Origin: Candidatus Enterosoma merdigallinarum
GTDB lineage: Bacteria; Bacillota_I; Bacilli_A; RFN20; CAG-288
DNA: 64,000 bases
Direction: 5' to 3'
NCBI GenBank assembly: GCA_018714385.1
Contig: DVNL01000007.1
Coordinates: 93,657 to 157,656, forward strand
This document shows positions 1-9,393 of the stretch, piece after piece. Positions within the stretch are counted from its first letter, which is position 1. The number at the start of each line of letters is the position of its first letter. Under the pieces are notes generated by a model. That model did no database searches, was not told where the DNA came from, and worked only from the letters and a program-made list of their open reading frames with translations. Both the position numbers and the translations under genes were made by a program.

Positions 1-38
1 AAGGGAATCCCGGATGCCTGTCTCTCTTTCCTCGTCCA

Positions 39-1424
39 TCAGAAGAGCATGTCCTTGTAGCAACGCGGATAGGGGAGGGTGTCACGGATGTTCTGCATGC
101 CGGTCACCAGCATGACCAGACGTTCGAAGCCGAGCCCGAATCCGGAGTGGGGGATGGATCCGTTGCGCCTCAGGTCGAGATACCAGCGGTAGGCATCGAT
201 GTTCATATGGAGCTCGTTCATCCGGGAGAGGAGCTTGTCGTAGTCGCATTCCCTTTCGCTTCCGCCGCAGAGTTCGCCGATTCCGGGAACGAGAAGATCG
301 ACTGCCGCGACGGTCTTTCCGTCATCGTTCTGCTTCATGTAGAAGGCCTTTATCTCCTTGGGATAGTCCGTCAGGAAGATAGGACCCTTGTAGACGACCT
401 CCGTCAGATATTTTTCGTGCTCGCTTCCGAAGTCCAGGCCGAAGGAGAAGTCATCGACCTCGAAATGGTGGCCTTGTTTCTTGGCTTCCTCGAGTTTTTC
501 CAGGGCTTCCGTGTAGGTGACCCGGCGGAAAGGCTTCTTGACGAATTCGTCGAGCCTGTCGATCAGGCCTTTATCGATCCTTTCCTGGAAGAAGGCGATA
601 TCGTCCGGGCACCGCTCCATCGTCTTGGAGACGACATACTTGAGGAAATCCTCCATCAAATCGCAGTCGTCGGAAAGATGGGCGAAGGAAAACTCGGGCT
701 CGATCATCCAGAACTCCGCGGCGTGGCGGGTGGTGTTGCTCTTTTCGGCGCGGAAGGTCGGCCCGAAGGTATAGACCTTGCCGTAGGTGAGGGCGAAGGG
801 TTCGACGTGGAGCTGTCCGGAGACGGTGAGATGGACATTGTCCTTGTTGAAGTATTCCGCCGGTTTCTTGACATCGGCATAGACCTGGAAGGTCTGGCCT
901 TCGCCTTCGCAGTCGTTGGCGGTAAGAATCGGGGTATGGATCCAATAGAAGCCGTGCTCGAAGAAATACTGATGGATGTAGTAGGCCAAAGTCGAGCGGA
1001 CGCGGAAGACAGCGTTGAAGGTATTGGTCTTCATTCGCCATTGCGGAATCGTCCGAAGGTATTCAAAGGTGGCCTTCTTCTTCTGGAGAGGGAAGTCCTC
1101 GCTCACTCCGCCGACAAGTTCGATCCTTTCGGCCTTGAGCTCGAAAGGCTGCTTGGCCTCCGGTGTGAGATGGATCTTGCCCTCGACCGTGACGGAACAG
1201 CCAAGACGAAGGGCCTCGATCTTCTTGTCGCTGGCATCGTAGACGACTTGGATGTTGGTGTAGCAGGAGCCGTCGTTGAGACTCAAAAAGCCGACCTGTC
1301 CCATCGATCTGTTGCTCTTGACGAATCCACCGAGATCGATCGTCTCTCCGTCGATGTCCTTGAGCGTCCCGGCCTTTTCCTTGAGGCACAGATCCCGGAT
1401 GGTATATTTCTCTGTCAAATCCAT
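39..1424 (-). CDS. asnS: Asparagine--tRNA ligase (class IIb aaRS)
   Basis: 461-aa ORF with N-terminal OB-fold region and class II motifs. FRAEKSNTTRHAAEFWMIEPE and GFGLGFERLV are typical of AsnRS. AGGAGG lies 8 nt upstream of the ATG at 1424. Confidence 0.95.
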   Translation of the reverse strand: MDLTEKYTIRDLCLKEKAGTLKDIDGETIDLGGFVKSNRSMGQVGFLSLNDGSCYTNIQVVYDASDKKIEALRLGCSVTVEGKIHLTPEAKQPFELKAERIELVGGVSEDFPLQKKKATFEYLRTIPQWRMKTNTFNAVFRVRSTLAYYIHQYFFEHGFYWIHTPILTANDCEGEGQTFQVYADVKKPAEYFNKDNVHLTVSGQLHVEPFALTYGKVYTFGPTFRAEKSNTTRHAAEFWMIEPEFSFAHLSDDCDLMEDFLKYVVSKTMERCPDDIAFFQERIDKGLIDRLDEFVKKPFRRVTYTEALEKLEEAKKQGHHFEVDDFSFGLDFGSEHEKYLTEVVYKGPIFLTDYPKEIKAFYMKQNDDGKTVAAVDLLVPGIGELCGGSERECDYDKLLSRMNELHMNIDAYRWYLDLRRNGSIPHSGFGLGFERLVMLVTGMQNIRDTLPYPRCYKDMLF

Positions 1425-1437
1425 TTTTCTTTTCCTC

Positions 1438-2478
1438 CTATTGGATGGCGGTTTTCTTTCCTTCTTCTTCGATGTCGCGATTTGGTCGCGTATTGAACGA
1501 CAGCGGACTGAGAAGGTCCATCCGGATCATATGATGGGCGGCCTTGGCGATCATGGCGGCGTTGTCCGTCGTGCACCAGAGCGGGGGAATGACGATCTTC
1601 GGCCCGTTCGGGAACCTTTCCCGGATGCGTTTTCGCAAGTAGCTATTGGCGCTCACACCTCCTCCGACGACGATCATCTTGACCGGCTTGTCGTTCTTGA
1701 GAAGCTCGACCTTGTCCAGAAGCTGGTCGACGAAGGCCATCTCGGTAGACAGGGCATAGCTTTCGACCCGGTGCTGGGGAAGCGTCCCGCCACGTTCCTT
1801 CTTTTCCTTCTCGATCATGCGGATGAGATGGCTCTTGAGTCCGGAATAGGACACGTTGTAGCCGTCGACTTTCGCCTTCGGGAGAGGGAAGCTTTCGATG
1901 CCTTCCTTCTGGCAGGTTCTGTCGATCCAGACGCCGCCGGGATAGGGGAGGCCAAGAGCCCTTGCGACTTTGTCGAAGGCCTCGCCGATGGCATCGTCCT
2001 CCGTTTCGCCCAGGATATGGAACTCGAAGGGCTTCGGGAGATAGACGAGCTCCGTGTTTCCTCCCGAGACGACGACGGCAAGAAGGGGATATTCGAACGA
2101 CTCGACGAATTCATTGGCGTAGATGTGGCCGGCAAGGTGATGGACGTCAACGAGCGGCACGCCGAGGTATTGACTGATGGTCTTCGCCGCCATGGCACCG
2201 ATCTGGAGGGCTCCCGGAAGGCCGGGGCCGCCGGTGACGGCGACATGGGTGATGGTTCGGTAGTCGAAGCCTTTCAAGGAGAGGACGAAGGACAGGACCG
2301 CGGTGATGTTTTCCAGGTGGAGACGGCTGGCCAGTTCGGGATAGACGCCTCCGAAACGCTTGTGGTCCTCAATTTGCGTGTTGACGCTGTTGGCCAAAAG
2401 CTCTTCTCCGTTTTTCAGGATGCTGATTGCCGTCTCGTCGCAGCTCGATTCGATGGCGAGGATGATTTCATCTTTCAT
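1438..2478 (-). CDS. tsaD: tRNA N6-adenosine threonylcarbamoyltransferase TsaD (Kae1/Gcp family)
   Basis: ILAIESSCDETAISI and VHHLAGHIYA motifs, plus GGVSAN near the C-terminus. Start trimmed from the ORF-track 2550 to ATG 2478 (MKDEII), which forms an ATGA overlap with the rimI stop. Confidence 0.93.
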   Translation of the reverse strand: MKDEIILAIESSCDETAISILKNGEELLANSVNTQIEDHKRFGGVYPELASRLHLENITAVLSFVLSLKGFDYRTITHVAVTGGPGLPGALQIGAMAAKTISQYLGVPLVDVHHLAGHIYANEFVESFEYPLLAVVVSGGNTELVYLPKPFEFHILGETEDDAIGEAFDKVARALGLPYPGGVWIDRTCQKEGIESFPLPKAKVDGYNVSYSGLKSHLIRMIEKEKKERGGTLPQHRVESYALSTEMAFVDQLLDKVELLKNDKPVKMIVVGGGVSANSYLRKRIRERFPNGPKIVIPPLWCTTDNAAMIAKAAHHMIRMDLLSPLSFNTRPNRDIEEEGKKTAIQ

Positions 2479-2921
2479 TTCAGCAGCTCCTTTCTGTAGC
2501 ATATGGCGTCTTCTTCGCCGTAGTAGGCCTTGCGTCGCCGATAGGGACAAAAACCGGTCTTTTCATAGAGTCTTCTGGCGCGTTCGTTCTTTTCCCGGAC
2601 CTCCAGAAGACAGCATGTCTTTCCTTCTTCGGCGAGGAGGGCGAGGCAAGAGGCAAGAAGCCTCGCTCCGCTTCCCGTGCCTTCGATCGTTTCTTCGATC
2701 GCGATTTCGTCGATCTCGCCTTCTTCCACCCCGACCCGATAAAGGAGGTAGCCTTGGACGCTTTCACCTGTCAGGACGAGGCCTTTGAGCAGGGGAGAAT
2801 CGAGATAATCCCGCAATCCCTTCCCGTCCAGGAAGCCATGCCGGATGCGTTTTTTCGACAAGGCAAGGACGGCCGGGATGTCTTCTTCACGAAGCGGACG
2901 GATCTCAGATTCGGAATGCAT
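2475..2921 (-). CDS. rimI: Ribosomal-protein-alanine N-acetyltransferase RimI (GNAT)
   Basis: GNAT core (LLEVREKNERARRLYEKTGF). Sits between tsaB and tsaD as in the Bacillus ydiC-ydiD-ydiE arrangement. Start chosen at ATG 2921 (MHSESEIRPL); the ORF extends to 2969. Confidence 0.8.
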   Translation of the reverse strand: MHSESEIRPLREEDIPAVLALSKKRIRHGFLDGKGLRDYLDSPLLKGLVLTGESVQGYLLYRVGVEEGEIDEIAIEETIEGTGSGARLLASCLALLAEEGKTCCLLEVREKNERARRLYEKTGFCPYRRRKAYYGEEDAICYRKELLK

Positions 2922-3519
2922 AATGCGGAAGATAGGATTCCTCCTTCTTGGAATAGTCGAAGAAGGCATCCTTGTGACGGACCATGCTCTCGAGCATGTC
3001 GACCTCTTTGATCTTTCTTCCCTTTAGGGCCTCCTTGGCGAGCATGTCGGCGTCTTCGACGAGGAAGAGGCCTTCGGGAAGCGAGGCGAAGTCCTTCTTC
3101 TCGATTTTTTCCTCGATGACTTTCCCATTTTCCATATGGGCAACGAAGAGATTCCCGTTCCTGTCGGAGAGAGCGGCATAGCCTGTCTCGTCTTCCTGAA
3201 GCATCAAAGCCAGGGTTCCAATCCCATAAAGCTGGATGGTGCTGTCAAAGGCGTATAAAGTCCTCGGGATCGTCAGCCCGAGACGGATTCCCGTATTGCT
3301 TCCCGGGCCAAGAAGGCAATAGAAAGCCTTCACTTCGTCCAGACGGGCATTCATGGCATCCAGGGCCATCGCAATCCCGAGATGTGTCCTTTCCAGACTC
3401 TTCTTGGGATCGCCGAGGGCGATTCGATAGTATTTCCGTCCCTTTCTCAGTTCCAGGGCGAGCTTTTTGCTTGCCGTGTCCAGAAAGAGGGAGAGCCTCT
3501 CTTCATCAGCGGTGGTCAT
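2905..3519 (-). CDS. tsaB: tRNA threonylcarbamoyladenosine biosynthesis protein TsaB (YeaZ)
   Basis: ASKHA-fold N-terminus LFLDTASKKLALEL and GPGSNTGIRLGLTI motif. Located between tsaE and rimI. Confidence 0.88.
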   Translation of the reverse strand: MTTADEERLSLFLDTASKKLALELRKGRKYYRIALGDPKKSLERTHLGIAMALDAMNARLDEVKAFYCLLGPGSNTGIRLGLTIPRTLYAFDSTIQLYGIGTLALMLQEDETGYAALSDRNGNLFVAHMENGKVIEEKIEKKDFASLPEGLFLVEDADMLAKEALKGRKIKEVDMLESMVRHKDAFFDYSKKEESYLPHYAFRI

Positions 3520-3952
3520 CGATGGTGATCCTCCTTCTCTCGTCGTCGAGAATATCGAAACGGATATCGATGAGTGGGTGGGCTTGCTTCAGCGCAGGAA
3601 GGAATTCCGGCCATTCGACATAGACGACATAGGCCTTGTCGCCGACGATCTCGTCAAGACCGATGTCGGTCAAGTTTCCTTCTTTTCCTTCCAGACGATA
3701 GGCATCGACGTGGTAGAGGACGAATCTTTCCCCCTGATAGACCTTGACGAGATTGAAGGTAGGGGAATTGATTGTCCCTTTGACGCCGAGGGCCTTTCCG
3801 AGGCATTTGCAAAAAGCCGTTTTCCCTGCCCCGAGGTCGCCATAGGCAAGGATCGTCTCGCCGCCGTTGAGAGAAAGGGCGAGAGCCTTGGCTATTCGCC
3901 CCGTCTCCTCGACGGAGGATGTCACAAACTCACGCTTCATCTTTGAGGACAC
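3506..3952 (-). CDS. tsaE: tRNA t6A ATPase TsaE (YjeE)
   Basis: GDLGAGKTAF Walker A followed by INSPTFNLVKVY and HVDAYRLE, diagnostic of TsaE. An alternative start at 3940 (MKREF) is possible. Confidence 0.9.
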   Translation of the reverse strand: MSSKMKREFVTSSVEETGRIAKALALSLNGGETILAYGDLGAGKTAFCKCLGKALGVKGTINSPTFNLVKVYQGERFVLYHVDAYRLEGKEGNLTDIGLDEIVGDKAYVVYVEWPEFLPALKQAHPLIDIRFDILDDERRRITIDDHR

Positions 3953-5387
3953 TTGCGCGCTTCTCGACCTCGTCGACGAAGGCGAAGGCCTTTTGGGAGG
4001 CGGTGACGAAAGTGTCCATGCATCCCAGGCTCACGGGATTTCGCATCGGCAGCTCGAAGATGTCGTCGGAGAGGTTCATGCCGATCTTGACACCATAGGA
4101 GTTCATCGACAGGAAGAGGGAATAGACGACGTTGTCGACGGCGATCTCGTTGAGGAGGGAGACCATGGATTCGTCGAAGAACTTCGCCCCCTTTTCGAGG
4201 TCGGCGAGATAGACGACGATGTTCTTCTTGAGCCCGGCGACGTGGACAGGGGTGAAATTCGAGACATAGTCGGGAAGAGTGGTGTTCTCGGGATTGCCGG
4301 TGAAGCAGATGATGAAGCTCTCTTCCGGGTCGATGCGGAGACGATAGGAATAGAAGCGGCCGACGAGACCGTTTCGGATGGTCACGGGCTTTGCCACATT
4401 CTTGCGCATCCTGTCCGCCTCTTTTTCCCGCTTCTCGCGTTCCTTGTGGGAGGAGAGCTCGTCGGCGAGGTCGATGTCGATCATCGTCATGTCGTTTGCC
4501 GGCAGCTCTTGGGTGGAAGTCGTCGTCTCCCGGGGGTCTGGGACATAGGGCGTCCCGTCGAGATTGACGAGGTTCTCGGGACGGGCGTTGGCCTCCTCGA
4601 TGGTTTTGTCGGGAATGCCGATGACGCATTCGCCCGTCACGAAGGGACGGCCGTTCCTTTCGCCGCGGAGGACGCAGCGGGAACGAATATGGTTGATGGT
4701 CTTGAAGCAATGGGCCTGGATGACCTCCTGGTCGTCGATAGTTCCCGCGGCGGAGAAAAGCGGATCCTTCACGTCGAGCTTTTCGGCGATGTATCCGCTG
4801 ACCGCATCCTGATAGACGCTCAGGTATTCCATGCTCACGCCCGTCGCCTTCTTGTAGATGATGTTGCTTCCGACGAAAGAGCCGATGATGAGGACGAGGG
4901 CGATGCCGAAGACAACCCACGTCACCCAGGCGAGTTCTTCGCTGTCGTTGAGGATGATGGTCAGCAGGATGCCGACGAAGGAAACAGCCATCAGGACGAT
5001 GCTGATGATGTTGAAACGGCTGGATTTGCCGATCTTCTTGGCATAGGTCTTGCGGATGTTTTCCAGATCCTCGTCGATGGTGTGCGTCTTGTCGTTGTGA
5101 TAGTGGACAGGGGCGAAGACGTCCGATCCGACTTCGGCGGGATTCGCGACGGGATGGTATTCGCCGTCGATCTGGTCGGGAGCGGATTCCTCGATGCCGC
5201 TCAGGTCATGGACGACGCCGACGGCCTTGGTTTCCTCGGTCTTTTCTTCCGCGATGGTTCCTTCCGTCTCCGGCTTGGCGTTTTCTTCCTGAGCCGTCTC
5301 GACTGCTTTATTTTCCTCGGCGCCTTCTTTTGGAAGGTTTTCTTCCGGGCGCGGATTCGTGTTCTCTTCCATGGTTGTTTCCTCCAT
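3930..5387 (-). CDS. Hypothetical membrane protein: acidic N-terminal tail, two TM helices, about 300-aa C-terminal domain of unknown function
   Basis: 485-aa ORF with GGAGG 8 nt upstream of ATG 5387. TM segments FNIISIVLMAVSFVGILLTIIL and VTWVVFGIALVLIIGSFVGSNII. No motif I recognise. First gene of the tsaE...asnS transcription unit. Confidence 0.75.
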   Translation of the reverse strand: MEETTMEENTNPRPEENLPKEGAEENKAVETAQEENAKPETEGTIAEEKTEETKAVGVVHDLSGIEESAPDQIDGEYHPVANPAEVGSDVFAPVHYHNDKTHTIDEDLENIRKTYAKKIGKSSRFNIISIVLMAVSFVGILLTIILNDSEELAWVTWVVFGIALVLIIGSFVGSNIIYKKATGVSMEYLSVYQDAVSGYIAEKLDVKDPLFSAAGTIDDQEVIQAHCFKTINHIRSRCVLRGERNGRPFVTGECVIGIPDKTIEEANARPENLVNLDGTPYVPDPRETTTSTQELPANDMTMIDIDLADELSSHKEREKREKEADRMRKNVAKPVTIRNGLVGRFYSYRLRIDPEESFIICFTGNPENTTLPDYVSNFTPVHVAGLKKNIVVYLADLEKGAKFFDESMVSLLNEIAVDNVVYSLFLSMNSYGVKIGMNLSDDIFELPMRNPVSLGCMDTFVTASQKAFAFVDEVEKRASVLKDEA

Positions 5388-5407
5388 TTACGATTCTTAA
5401 TAAAAAA

Positions 5408-5416
5408 ATTATAGCA
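5408..5416 (-). promoter_or_regulatory. Extended -10 promoter of the 3930-5387/tsaE...asnS unit
   Basis: Minus strand TGcTATAAT, immediately downstream of the 5455-5490 terminator. About 30-nt leader with a GGAGG SD. Confidence 0.45.
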
Positions 5417-5454
5417 GAAAACATAGTTATTGTGCCGCTAAACAAAGATATTGA

Positions 5455-5490
5455 TGAAAAGAAAAAAGGCATCCTGTCCCAGAAGATGCC
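5455..5490 (-). terminator. Rho-independent terminator after the 5537-6388 gene
   Basis: Minus strand GGCATC-loop-GATGCC followed by TTTTTTCTTTTC. Confidence 0.6.
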
Positions 5491-5536
5491 CTTTTTATGT
5501 CTACACTATGAAAATGCAAAAGTTGTTTTTTGGTTT

Positions 5537-6388
5537 TTAAATCGTAGTTACCTTGATATTGGCGATAGCATAGGCGACAAGACAGCTCGCCTCCATCAGG
5601 ATGGCGAAGAAGGCGCAGAGATGGAAGCCGGTGTGGAATCCCTTCTTGCTCCTTCCGAGGAGCTTGAAGACAACGCCGAGATCCATGACGATCGGGGCGA
5701 TGACAAGAAGGGGACGGGCATCGTTGATGGAGGAAAGGGAATAGGTCTTTGTCAGAATGGGATAGAAAGCGAAGGGGACATAGAGGACGAGGGCGAGGAG
5801 GACGTCTTGAACGGTTTCCTTGACGATATCGTTGGTGCAGATGGCCTGGAAGATCGTTCCGAAGATGGCGAAGGCCCAGGCGATGCCGATGAGGATGAAG
5901 GCCGAGGCGGAGGAGTAGGGGAAGACGTTTGCCGACATGAGGTATTGGTTGATGACAGACGGACGGATGCAAAGCAGGGCGAAGGCGGTGAAGAAGGTGG
6001 CAAAGCAGAAGGCATAGCCGGCGAAGTTGAGAATGGGAAGGATCTTGCCCTTCTTTCCTTTCGTCAGGGCCTCGTGGTGCAGAAAACTCACGACGGCAAG
6101 GAAAGCGATGCCGATGCCGAAAAGGACGATGCCGAAGACGCCCGGGACGCCCCAGTCTTCAAGACGGTATTCGGATATGGTGGCATAGACGGCGCCGAGG
6201 ATGGCGACCAACAGTCCGCTGACAGCCGTCAAGCCGTGGAGGATCGCGGAAAGGATCCTTTCGGTCTTGGAGAAGACTTCCGGTCCTTTTTCGATGAAGA
6301 TATCGTCTGTTTCCGAGGCGCCGATGTAGGCGAAGCGGGAAGGATCGAAGACGTCCTGCTTTTGCTCGGAGATGTTTTTGTCAGGCAT
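5537..6388 (-). CDS. Hypothetical polytopic membrane protein (about 7-8 TM)
   Basis: 283-aa hydrophobic ORF with GAGGAGG upstream of ATG 6388. Flanked by hairpin terminators on both sides, so monocistronic. Confidence 0.75.
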   Translation of the reverse strand: MPDKNISEQKQDVFDPSRFAYIGASETDDIFIEKGPEVFSKTERILSAILHGLTAVSGLLVAILGAVYATISEYRLEDWGVPGVFGIVLFGIGIAFLAVVSFLHHEALTKGKKGKILPILNFAGYAFCFATFFTAFALLCIRPSVINQYLMSANVFPYSSASAFILIGIAWAFAIFGTIFQAICTNDIVKETVQDVLLALVLYVPFAFYPILTKTYSLSSINDARPLLVIAPIVMDLGVVFKLLGRSKKGFHTGFHLCAFFAILMEASCLVAYAIANIKVTTI

Positions 6389-6430
6389 GGGGTGACCTCC
6401 TCAAAAAAGATAAACAAAAAGATTATACAA

Positions 6431-6456
6431 AGAAAAAGGGGAAAGAAATATCCCCT
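6431..6456 (-). terminator. Rho-independent terminator after yhaM
   Basis: Minus strand AGGGGA tatttctt TCCCCT followed by TTTTTCTTTG. Confidence 0.55.
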
Positions 6457-6489
6457 TTTGTTCCTTTTTTGGCAAAATAGGCGAAAAAA

Positions 6490-7428
6490 CTATTTGTCCA
6501 GCTTCCCGGCCTTGAAGAAGGCGGCGTTCTGCATCCAAGGAATCTTGACGGTGAAACTTCCTTCCTCCGTGGCGTTCAAGTAGTTTTCGAGACAGGCCAT
6601 CTTCGCATCGATGTCGTCCATGCAATGGAGGACGAGGGCCTCGGGGGTGGCGGGGACCTTCGGGGAACCGAATTCCAGCTCGCCGTGGTGGGAAAGGATC
6701 ATGTGGATGAGATAGGTCAGCTTTTCCTTGGGCGTGTTCAGCGCTTTCCCCGCTTCCTCCACGATCATGGCACCGAGGGCGATGTGGCCCAGAAGGTTTC
6801 CCTCCGCCGTGTAGGAAGCGGCCTTGTATCCGGAGAGCTCTTCCGTCTTGCCGATGTCGTGGAGAAGGGCGCCGGCGATGAGGAAGTCCTTCTTCAAAAG
6901 CGGGTAGGTCTCCTGCGCCTTCAGGCAGAGATCCAGGACGGAGAGAGAATGGTAGAGAAGGCCTCCCATGTAGGCATGGTGGACGGTGACTGCGGCAGGA
7001 TAGCTCGAGAAGGCATCGCGCCTCTTGTCGAGAATCGTCTTTGTCAGAAGTCGGAGGTCTGCGTCTTCGATCGAAGCGATCCTCTCGTCGAGGGTCTCGA
7101 GCATCTTCTCGATCTGGACCGGCGCGACGGGGATGAAGCGGGACATATCGACATCGCCCTCATGGACGGGGGAAAGCTCGTTGATCTTCAACTGGGGATG
7201 GCCCTTGTAGGTGCCCATGATGCCCATCACGCGGACGATGCTTCCGGGTTGTGCCGTCTCGACATCGGCTTCGGTGATCTGCCACATCTTGCTGTCCAGC
7301 GTGCCGCTCATGTCCTGAAGGACGATGGAGAGATAGCTCGTGCCGTTGTTGCTGGTCGCCCGCGTGGCCTGCTTCACCATGAAGTCCATGTCGATCGGGC
7401 CTTCGAAACCTTGCAAATCTTTGATCAT
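6490..7428 (-). CDS. yhaM: 3'-5' exoribonuclease YhaM (OB fold + HD domain)
   Basis: OB-fold N-terminus (YLSIVLQDMSGTLDSKMW) followed by an HD domain (HHAYMGGLLYHSL, GALLHDIGK). Start at ATG 7428 (MIKDLQG) forms an ATGA overlap with the recX stop. Confidence 0.88.
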   Translation of the reverse strand: MIKDLQGFEGPIDMDFMVKQATRATSNNGTSYLSIVLQDMSGTLDSKMWQITEADVETAQPGSIVRVMGIMGTYKGHPQLKINELSPVHEGDVDMSRFIPVAPVQIEKMLETLDERIASIEDADLRLLTKTILDKRRDAFSSYPAAVTVHHAYMGGLLYHSLSVLDLCLKAQETYPLLKKDFLIAGALLHDIGKTEELSGYKAASYTAEGNLLGHIALGAMIVEEAGKALNTPKEKLTYLIHMILSHHGELEFGSPKVPATPEALVLHCMDDIDAKMACLENYLNATEEGSFTVKIPWMQNAAFFKAGKLDK

Positions 7429-8243
7429 TTGAATGTGTATCGCCTTTCTTCGATGACGGAACGGATGTCTTCCGATCGGAATCCTTTGGTAAGAAGACGC
7501 CGCCAAAACGCTTCTTCCTTCTTCCGGGGATCCGCCGTTTTTCGCATAAGCAGATTATAGCACTTCTCGGCCTCCTGCTTCAGCAGCATCTGCTCCTTTT
7601 TGTCATCTCGGTTTCTTTCCCGGAAGAATTCTTCCACGGCCTCTTTGGCAATGGAAAGGGGGAAGCCTCGGCGCGATAAAGAATCAACCATCTTTTTCTT
7701 TTTCATCAAGAGAGGTTTTTCGGATAGCTTCTTTTCCATGGCCTGCATAATCTTTTCATCGATGACATTGCTGAACAAATCGGATATTTCTTTGTCTTCC
7801 AAAATCTCTTCCGTATGAATGCCTCTTTTTTTCAGCTCGGCGAGGATTCTTGTGCGGCCGTAGCCTTTCTCCGTCCGGTCCTGGATGAAATCGATCGCAT
7901 ATTGCCTGTCGTCGAGGATTCCCGCCTCGATATAGGGAGAAAGAAGCTTTTCCCTGTCCGTCTGAGAGAGGGGGAAACGGGAAAGCTTGTCATGACATCC
8001 GCGGATGGTCATGCGATGGGTGGAAAGCAGACGGGCGAGGTAGCCCTCCGCCTTGTAGAGTCCGGCTTCCTTCCGGAGGGTTGCCATCTCCTTTGAGGAC
8101 AATTTCTTTCCGGGGTAGTAGAAGCCATCCGTATAGATCTGGCGGGAGATTTCCAGCTGGTAGGAGGCAAAGACCAAACGGACTTTTTCCTTGCGGAAAA
8201 GGACTTCCAGGATCTCAAAAGTTTTCTCGGAGCGCTCTTTCAT
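7425..8243 (-). CDS. recX: RecX-family regulatory protein
   Basis: Repeated three-helix RecX modules (DDRQYAIDFIQDRTEKGYGRTRILAELKKRGI; SLSRRGFPLSIAKEAVEEF). Confidence 0.8.
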   Translation of the reverse strand: MKERSEKTFEILEVLFRKEKVRLVFASYQLEISRQIYTDGFYYPGKKLSSKEMATLRKEAGLYKAEGYLARLLSTHRMTIRGCHDKLSRFPLSQTDREKLLSPYIEAGILDDRQYAIDFIQDRTEKGYGRTRILAELKKRGIHTEEILEDKEISDLFSNVIDEKIMQAMEKKLSEKPLLMKKKKMVDSLSRRGFPLSIAKEAVEEFFRERNRDDKKEQMLLKQEAEKCYNLLMRKTADPRKKEEAFWRRLLTKGFRSEDIRSVIEERRYTFK

Positions 8244-9393
8244 AGACGTTCATGAGCCGTTCGTAATAACTGTTACGCGAGAAAAGAAGGAGACAGCGGT
8301 TGAAGCCGCGGCGACGGATGAGATCCCTTTCTTCTTGCGTCATGGAAAAGATGGCGTCGAGTTTCTTTGCCAGGTTCTTCTTTTCGTCATAGAGGAAACC
8401 GGTGACCCCATCTTCGATGAGCCGTTCCAGATTGAAGTCGTACTTGGCCAAGACGAGCGTCTCGCAGGCCATGGCTTCCGAGTAGGTCAATCCTTGCGTT
8501 TCCGTCGTCGAGGAGGAAAGGAAGACGTCGGCGATGCGATAGAAGAAGGCCGTCCTGTCATGTTCGACCTTGCCGAGGAAGAGAAGATCCTTGCCGATGC
8601 TCTCGCCGTATTTTTTGAGGAAATATTCCTTGTCCGGGCCGTCTCCGACGACGAGCATGGCCACGTCCTCTTTGCCGTAGTCCCGCTTGTAGGCCAAAAA
8701 GCCGTCGATGGACTCCTCGAGATTCTTTTCCTTCCCCAGGCGGCCGAGCCATAGGACGATCTTTTTTCCAAGGAGGTTCTCCCTTCGGAGAAAATTGTCT
8801 TTTTCCTCGGGAAGGAGAGGAGTCAAGAATCGTGAGAAGTCGACGGCGTTGGGAATGACGGCGATATGCCTGTCGATGTTGTATTCCCGGAGCATGCGCA
8901 TGGACTTGAGGGAGGGGGTGATTATCTGTCCCCTTGCCTGACCGAGATGGTGAATGACGGCCTTGACGGCTTTCTTGGCGAGTTTGTCGGGTATTTTTCT
9001 GCCGTGAGAAAGATAGCTGGTGTAGTCTTCATAGGAAGTGTGGCAGGTGTAGACGAGCGGGATATCGAAGCGCTTGGCGCACAGACGACCGAAAAGTGAG
9101 ATGCCGAATTCCTGCTGGACGTGGATGAGGTCCAGTTTCGCGGCCTTCAGGATGTCGTATGCGAAGCGGTTGAAGAAGAAGGACATGCGATAGTTGTAAA
9201 GGGATTTCAACGGCTTTCCGGGGATGCGGATGATGCCGTCTTCAAAGCTCGGTTCCTTCTGCCCTTTCAGCCCTGTCGTGACGACGTAGACGTCGTTTCC
9301 CTGCTCCAGGAGGATGTCGCGCTGGATTTTCGTCGCCGTGGCGACGCCGTTGATGTCGGGGAAGTATGTGTCAGTGAAGATTCCGATTCTCAT
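8215..9393 (-). CDS. GT4-family glycosyltransferase, glycolipid (diacylglycerol glucosyltransferase)-like
   Basis: MRIGIFTDTYFPDINGVA N-terminus and EX7E-type motif (TETQGLTYSEAMA). Start trimmed to ATG 9393; the ORF-track extension to 9633 is Arg/Lys-rich antisense-type junk overlapping the upstream gene. Specific acceptor not determinable. Confidence 0.85.
   Translation of the reverse strand: MRIGIFTDTYFPDINGVATATKIQRDILLEQGNDVYVVTTGLKGQKEPSFEDGIIRIPGKPLKSLYNYRMSFFFNRFAYDILKAAKLDLIHVQQEFGISLFGRLCAKRFDIPLVYTCHTSYEDYTSYLSHGRKIPDKLAKKAVKAVIHHLGQARGQIITPSLKSMRMLREYNIDRHIAVIPNAVDFSRFLTPLLPEEKDNFLRRENLLGKKIVLWLGRLGKEKNLEESIDGFLAYKRDYGKEDVAMLVVGDGPDKEYFLKKYGESIGKDLLFLGKVEHDRTAFFYRIADVFLSSSTTETQGLTYSEAMACETLVLAKYDFNLERLIEDGVTGFLYDEKKNLAKKLDAIFSMTQEERDLIRRRGFNRCLLLFSRNSYYERLMNVYERALRENF

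Noticed and set aside
147-1496. Long ORFs (300-560 aa) on the strand opposite recognised genes. Examples: 147-1496 (+), 3867-5414 (+), 17397-18386 (-), 26219-27496 (+), 29158-30609 (-), 31836-33512 (+), 33394-35091 (+), 50806-52041 (+), 55203-56438 (+), 60836-61816 (-), 61886-63115 (-).
   Set aside because: Each is the mirror image of a gene with clear conserved motifs (asnS, pyrG, ricT and others). Their translations are Gly/Asp/Glu/Arg/Val-rich low-information sequence without SDs or recognisable motifs, as expected for stop-codon-poor antisense frames.
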